Positions 17,483-19,786 of a stretch of DNA of 19,786 nucleotides are shown piece after piece (within the stretch, counting starts at the first letter, position 1; each line of letters begins with the position of its first letter). The notes beneath the pieces are model-generated. The model did not search any database. It saw nothing but the letters and a program-made list of their open reading frames with translations, and had not been told where the DNA came from. The position numbers and the translations under genes are program-made. The DNA comes from a bacterium (GTDB lineage: Bacteria > Bacteroidota > Ignavibacteria > UBA10030): contig JAZDJN010000060.1 of the NCBI GenBank assembly GCA_043803945.1, forward strand, positions 1 through 19,786, written 5' to 3'.

Positions 17483-19246
17483 ATGAATCAAACTGATATT
17501 TTTCAAATCCTCTTTCTCAACTCGTGGAGACCATTCCTCTGGATTACACTCCTCTCATTTGCGGTCTATGGCCATGTCATTTTCTTCTCTGAATATACCT
17601 ATTACGATGATTCATACTTAATTAAGGACTATTACTCAAGAATCGATGAACTGGGTGATATCGGGCAACAATTCCTGGAAGACGTGGGGCATCAGGCACA
17701 GGGTGGGAATCTCTACCGGCCAATTCTCAATATATCCTTCATCCTCAGTGCAAAGTTGAGCGGGATCGATTTATGGGGGCACTATCTGGTAAATATCCTC
17801 CTTCATATTGTTGCCTGCTCTCTGTTATTCATTCTTCAAACTACTTTGAGCATCTCGAGGGCGAGAAGCTTCATCTTCTCTCTTCTCTTCACAGTGCATC
17901 CGGCGCTCTCTCAGTCTGTTGCCTGGATATCCGGCCGCAACGATCCTCTTCTGGCGATTTTCATTTTGCTGAGTTTCATTACTTTCATCTCTTATTATAG
18001 GAGTCCCTCCTACCGAATATTCTTCCTCCATCTTCTCTTCTTCTGTCTGGCGATTTTCACAAAGGAGACAGCAATTTTCTTTCCATTCTTGCTGCTTGTG
18101 TATCTTGTTGCCATCCAATCGAGAAGGCAAAACCATGTTCAGGTGATCCCATTTATTGCCGGATGGTGTATGATCATCGTCAATTGGCAGTTGCTTCGAT
18201 ACCTTGCGAAGATTGCACCCCTTACCGATGCTGGCGCAGTGATCAAGAGTACACTTTCCAATCTCTGGATTGTGTTTTCCTATTTTGGAAAAATCTTCTG
18301 GCCGTTTGAACTTAGTTACGCCCCGGTGAAGCAGGATATATCCATTCTACCTGGAATCATTGCTGCTGCTCTTTTGCTGATACTTGTTGTTCGATATTCC
18401 AAAAATCAATGGCGAATGATTCTCTTTGGAATTCTCTGGTTTGGATTATTCCTGGTGCCAACATTTATCCATCATCCCGGTAAGGAGTACAGCGTGATGT
18501 ATTATGAGCATCGTTTGTACGTCCCGATGATTGGCATTGTGCTCCTTCTCTCCACCCTCAGCTTCATCCAGCAATTGCGGCGAGTGCGCATACTTCTTCC
18601 TCTCTTTCTGGGGGCACTCATACTCTTTTTTGGCTGGTGGAGCTATCGTCATACTTACCATTTCCAGAATTTTTTCACACTTCGACAATACGCTGCTGAA
18701 ACTTCTCCTCATGATATTCTCCAATACAGTCCTTTGGAGCGAATGAGCATGCCACCGTTGTTATCCAATCTTCTCCAAAATTATAACTGCTCGTCGGATA
18801 CCACACAAGATGAGTCCAAATTACATACAGCTCGCACGAGAGCGATCATTGAAGTTCTCGAGCAGCAATTGAACGTTCAACCTCCAAGCGAGGAGAACTA
18901 CCACTCGCTTGCCATTGTCTACTACGGTCGAGGTTTCCTAATTAATGCCGAACGTTTTTTTCAAGCAGCCAAAACTTTGGATTCAAACGACGCAGGAGTC
19001 TTCAATAACCTGGGCATCCTCTATTTTGATGGCCGACGATTCCGGGAGGCGGAAGAAGAATGGCTTACAGCTACCAGGATCAAACCGACAGATGGTAACG
19101 CCTACCTCAATCTTACTTATCTCTATTACCAGCAAGCGCGTTATGAAGATGCCTGGGCCAATTACAAGCAGGCAGTGAAATTTGGAATGAATGTTCCCTA
19201 TGGCCTTATGGCAGAAATTAATAGAATGCATTCGCTCAGACAATAA
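17483..19246 (+). CDS. TMTC-like GT-C membrane protein with C-terminal TPR repeats (putative protein O-glycosyltransferase)
   Basis: 'YYDD', 'YRPI', 'NILLH', 'LFTVHP', 'VAWISGRND', 'TKETAI', 'EHRLYVP', then TPRs ('FNNLGILY', 'AYLNLTYLY'). Probable start is ATG 17483 (the ORF is open from 17441). Confidence 0.8.
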   Translation: MNQTDIFQILFLNSWRPFLWITLLSFAVYGHVIFFSEYTYYDDSYLIKDYYSRIDELGDIGQQFLEDVGHQAQGGNLYRPILNISFILSAKLSGIDLWGHYLVNILLHIVACSLLFILQTTLSISRARSFIFSLLFTVHPALSQSVAWISGRNDPLLAIFILLSFITFISYYRSPSYRIFFLHLLFFCLAIFTKETAIFFPFLLLVYLVAIQSRRQNHVQVIPFIAGWCMIIVNWQLLRYLAKIAPLTDAGAVIKSTLSNLWIVFSYFGKIFWPFELSYAPVKQDISILPGIIAAALLLILVVRYSKNQWRMILFGILWFGLFLVPTFIHHPGKEYSVMYYEHRLYVPMIGIVLLLSTLSFIQQLRRVRILLPLFLGALILFFGWWSYRHTYHFQNFFTLRQYAAETSPHDILQYSPLERMSMPPLLSNLLQNYNCSSDTTQDESKLHTARTRAIIEVLEQQLNVQPPSEENYHSLAIVYYGRGFLINAERFFQAAKTLDSNDAGVFNNLGILYFDGRRFREAEEEWLTATRIKPTDGNAYLNLTYLYYQQARYEDAWANYKQAVKFGMNVPYGLMAEINRMHSLRQ

Positions 19247-19401
19247 TATGGCTTCAGGAAAATGGAATGATGGTAGATTGACTTTTTTCGCGGGAAGTGT
19301 TGTGGGCCCTGCTGGGCTCTCAGCCACAGGCTGATGCGCCTTCCGCCAAAAAGACGGCGGACAGGTCGGTGCAGAACCTGCGACCCGCCATAATTAAAGT
19401 G

Positions 19402-19529
19402 TGGGCCCTGCTGGGCTCTCAGCCACAGGCTGATGCGCCTTCCGCCAAAAAGACGGCGGACAAGTCGGCACAGAACCAGCGACCCGCAGATTATGAGTCG
19501 AGCACTCTATACAACTAAGTCAAGGCAGT
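19402..19529 (-). pseudogene. tRNA-Ile2(CAU)-like pseudogene or hybrid att site with a 54-nt T-loop insertion
   Basis: Minus strand: ACTGCCT TG ACTT AGTTGTATA GAGT G CTCGA CTCATAA TCTGC GGGTC GCTGG TTC[54 nt]GAGC CCAGC AGGGCCC A. The 3' half closely resembles bacterial tRNA-Ile2 (GACTCATAATC...GGTCGCTGGTTC...CCAGCAGGG). T and D stems pair; acceptor and anticodon stems do not. Confidence 0.8.
19419..19472. other. 54-nt multi-hairpin palindromic element in the tRNA T-loop (also at 19320-19373, 19675-19728, and partially at 19774-19786)
   Basis: TCAGCC-ACA-GGCTGA hairpin, then a TGCGCC...GGCGCA-type stem enclosing TCCGCC-AAAAAGAC-GGCGGA. Removing it restores the 7-nt T-loop TTCGAGC. Confidence 0.85.
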
Positions 19530-19786
19530 TTTGTTTCCTGAAGGGTAGCCGAAATTATTGCATCCGGTTACCGGAAAGACTTCAACAAACCTTTTTACAA
19601 TTTCGGCAAAAAAATGATTATTCAGTTAGGAATTACCACTGGAAGAAAGGAGTGTTGTGGGCCCTGCTGGGCTCTCAGCCACAGGCTGATGCGCCTTCCG
19701 CCCAAAAGACGGCGGACAGGTCGGCGCAGAACCTGCGACCCGCCATAATTAAAGTGTGGGCCCTGCTGGGCTCTCAGCCACAGGCT

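Larger units (their letters stand above)
19296..19786. repeat. Nested direct-repeat array derived from the 3' part of tRNA-Ile2(CAU); runs off the window edge
   Basis: Units beginning GTGGGCCCTGCTGGGCTC start at 19302 (A), 19401 (B), 19657 (C) and 19756 (D). A-B and C-D are 99 bp apart; A-C and B-D are 355 bp apart. A unique ~150-bp spacer lies between B and C. Confidence 0.95.

Noticed and set aside
19297-19518. 73-aa ORF with an internal 33-aa repeat (WALLGSQPQADAPSAKKTAD...)
   Set aside because: It is the antisense reading of the tRNA-derived 99-bp repeat; the period is simply divisible by 3.
19402-19529. Functional tRNA-Met or tRNA-Ile gene
   Set aside because: The acceptor stem pairs at only 3/7 positions, the anticodon stem is broken, and the D-loop lacks GG. 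Called a pseudogene or hybrid att site instead.
19296-19786. CRISPR array
   Set aside because: Repeats are ~87-200 bp and tRNA-derived, the short linker is identical between doublets, and no cas genes are in the window.

Overview
The window has four parts. (1) A minus-strand type IV pilus (T4P) operon: pilC, pilB, pilT, a fused pilMN, a fused pilOP-like gene, a compact pilQ secretin, and a ~1190-aa lipoprotein with nine Ig-like domains. It has a near-consensus sigma70 promoter and ends at a bidirectional terminator. (2) Two ~81%-identical pilin-like genes with a two-residue leader (MG-QQQLL / MG-HQQIL), each behind a conserved sigma54-like promoter. They arose from an old tandem duplication of a pilin + GT2 module, and the first GT2 copy is now an unannotated pseudogene (~13580-14020). 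(3) A plus-strand glycosylation cluster: GT2 polyprenol-phosphate sugar synthase-like, ArnT/PMT-like GT-C, and TMTC-like GT-C with TPRs. (4) A nested array of tRNA-Ile2(CAU)-derived repeats at the right edge (99-bp period within a 355-bp period). Every copy carries the same composite hairpin element inserted at one position of the T-loop (between nt 56 and 57); it is 54 nt in the three complete copies. The pilin type suggests an Ignavibacteria-like (FCB group) host; this is inference only.
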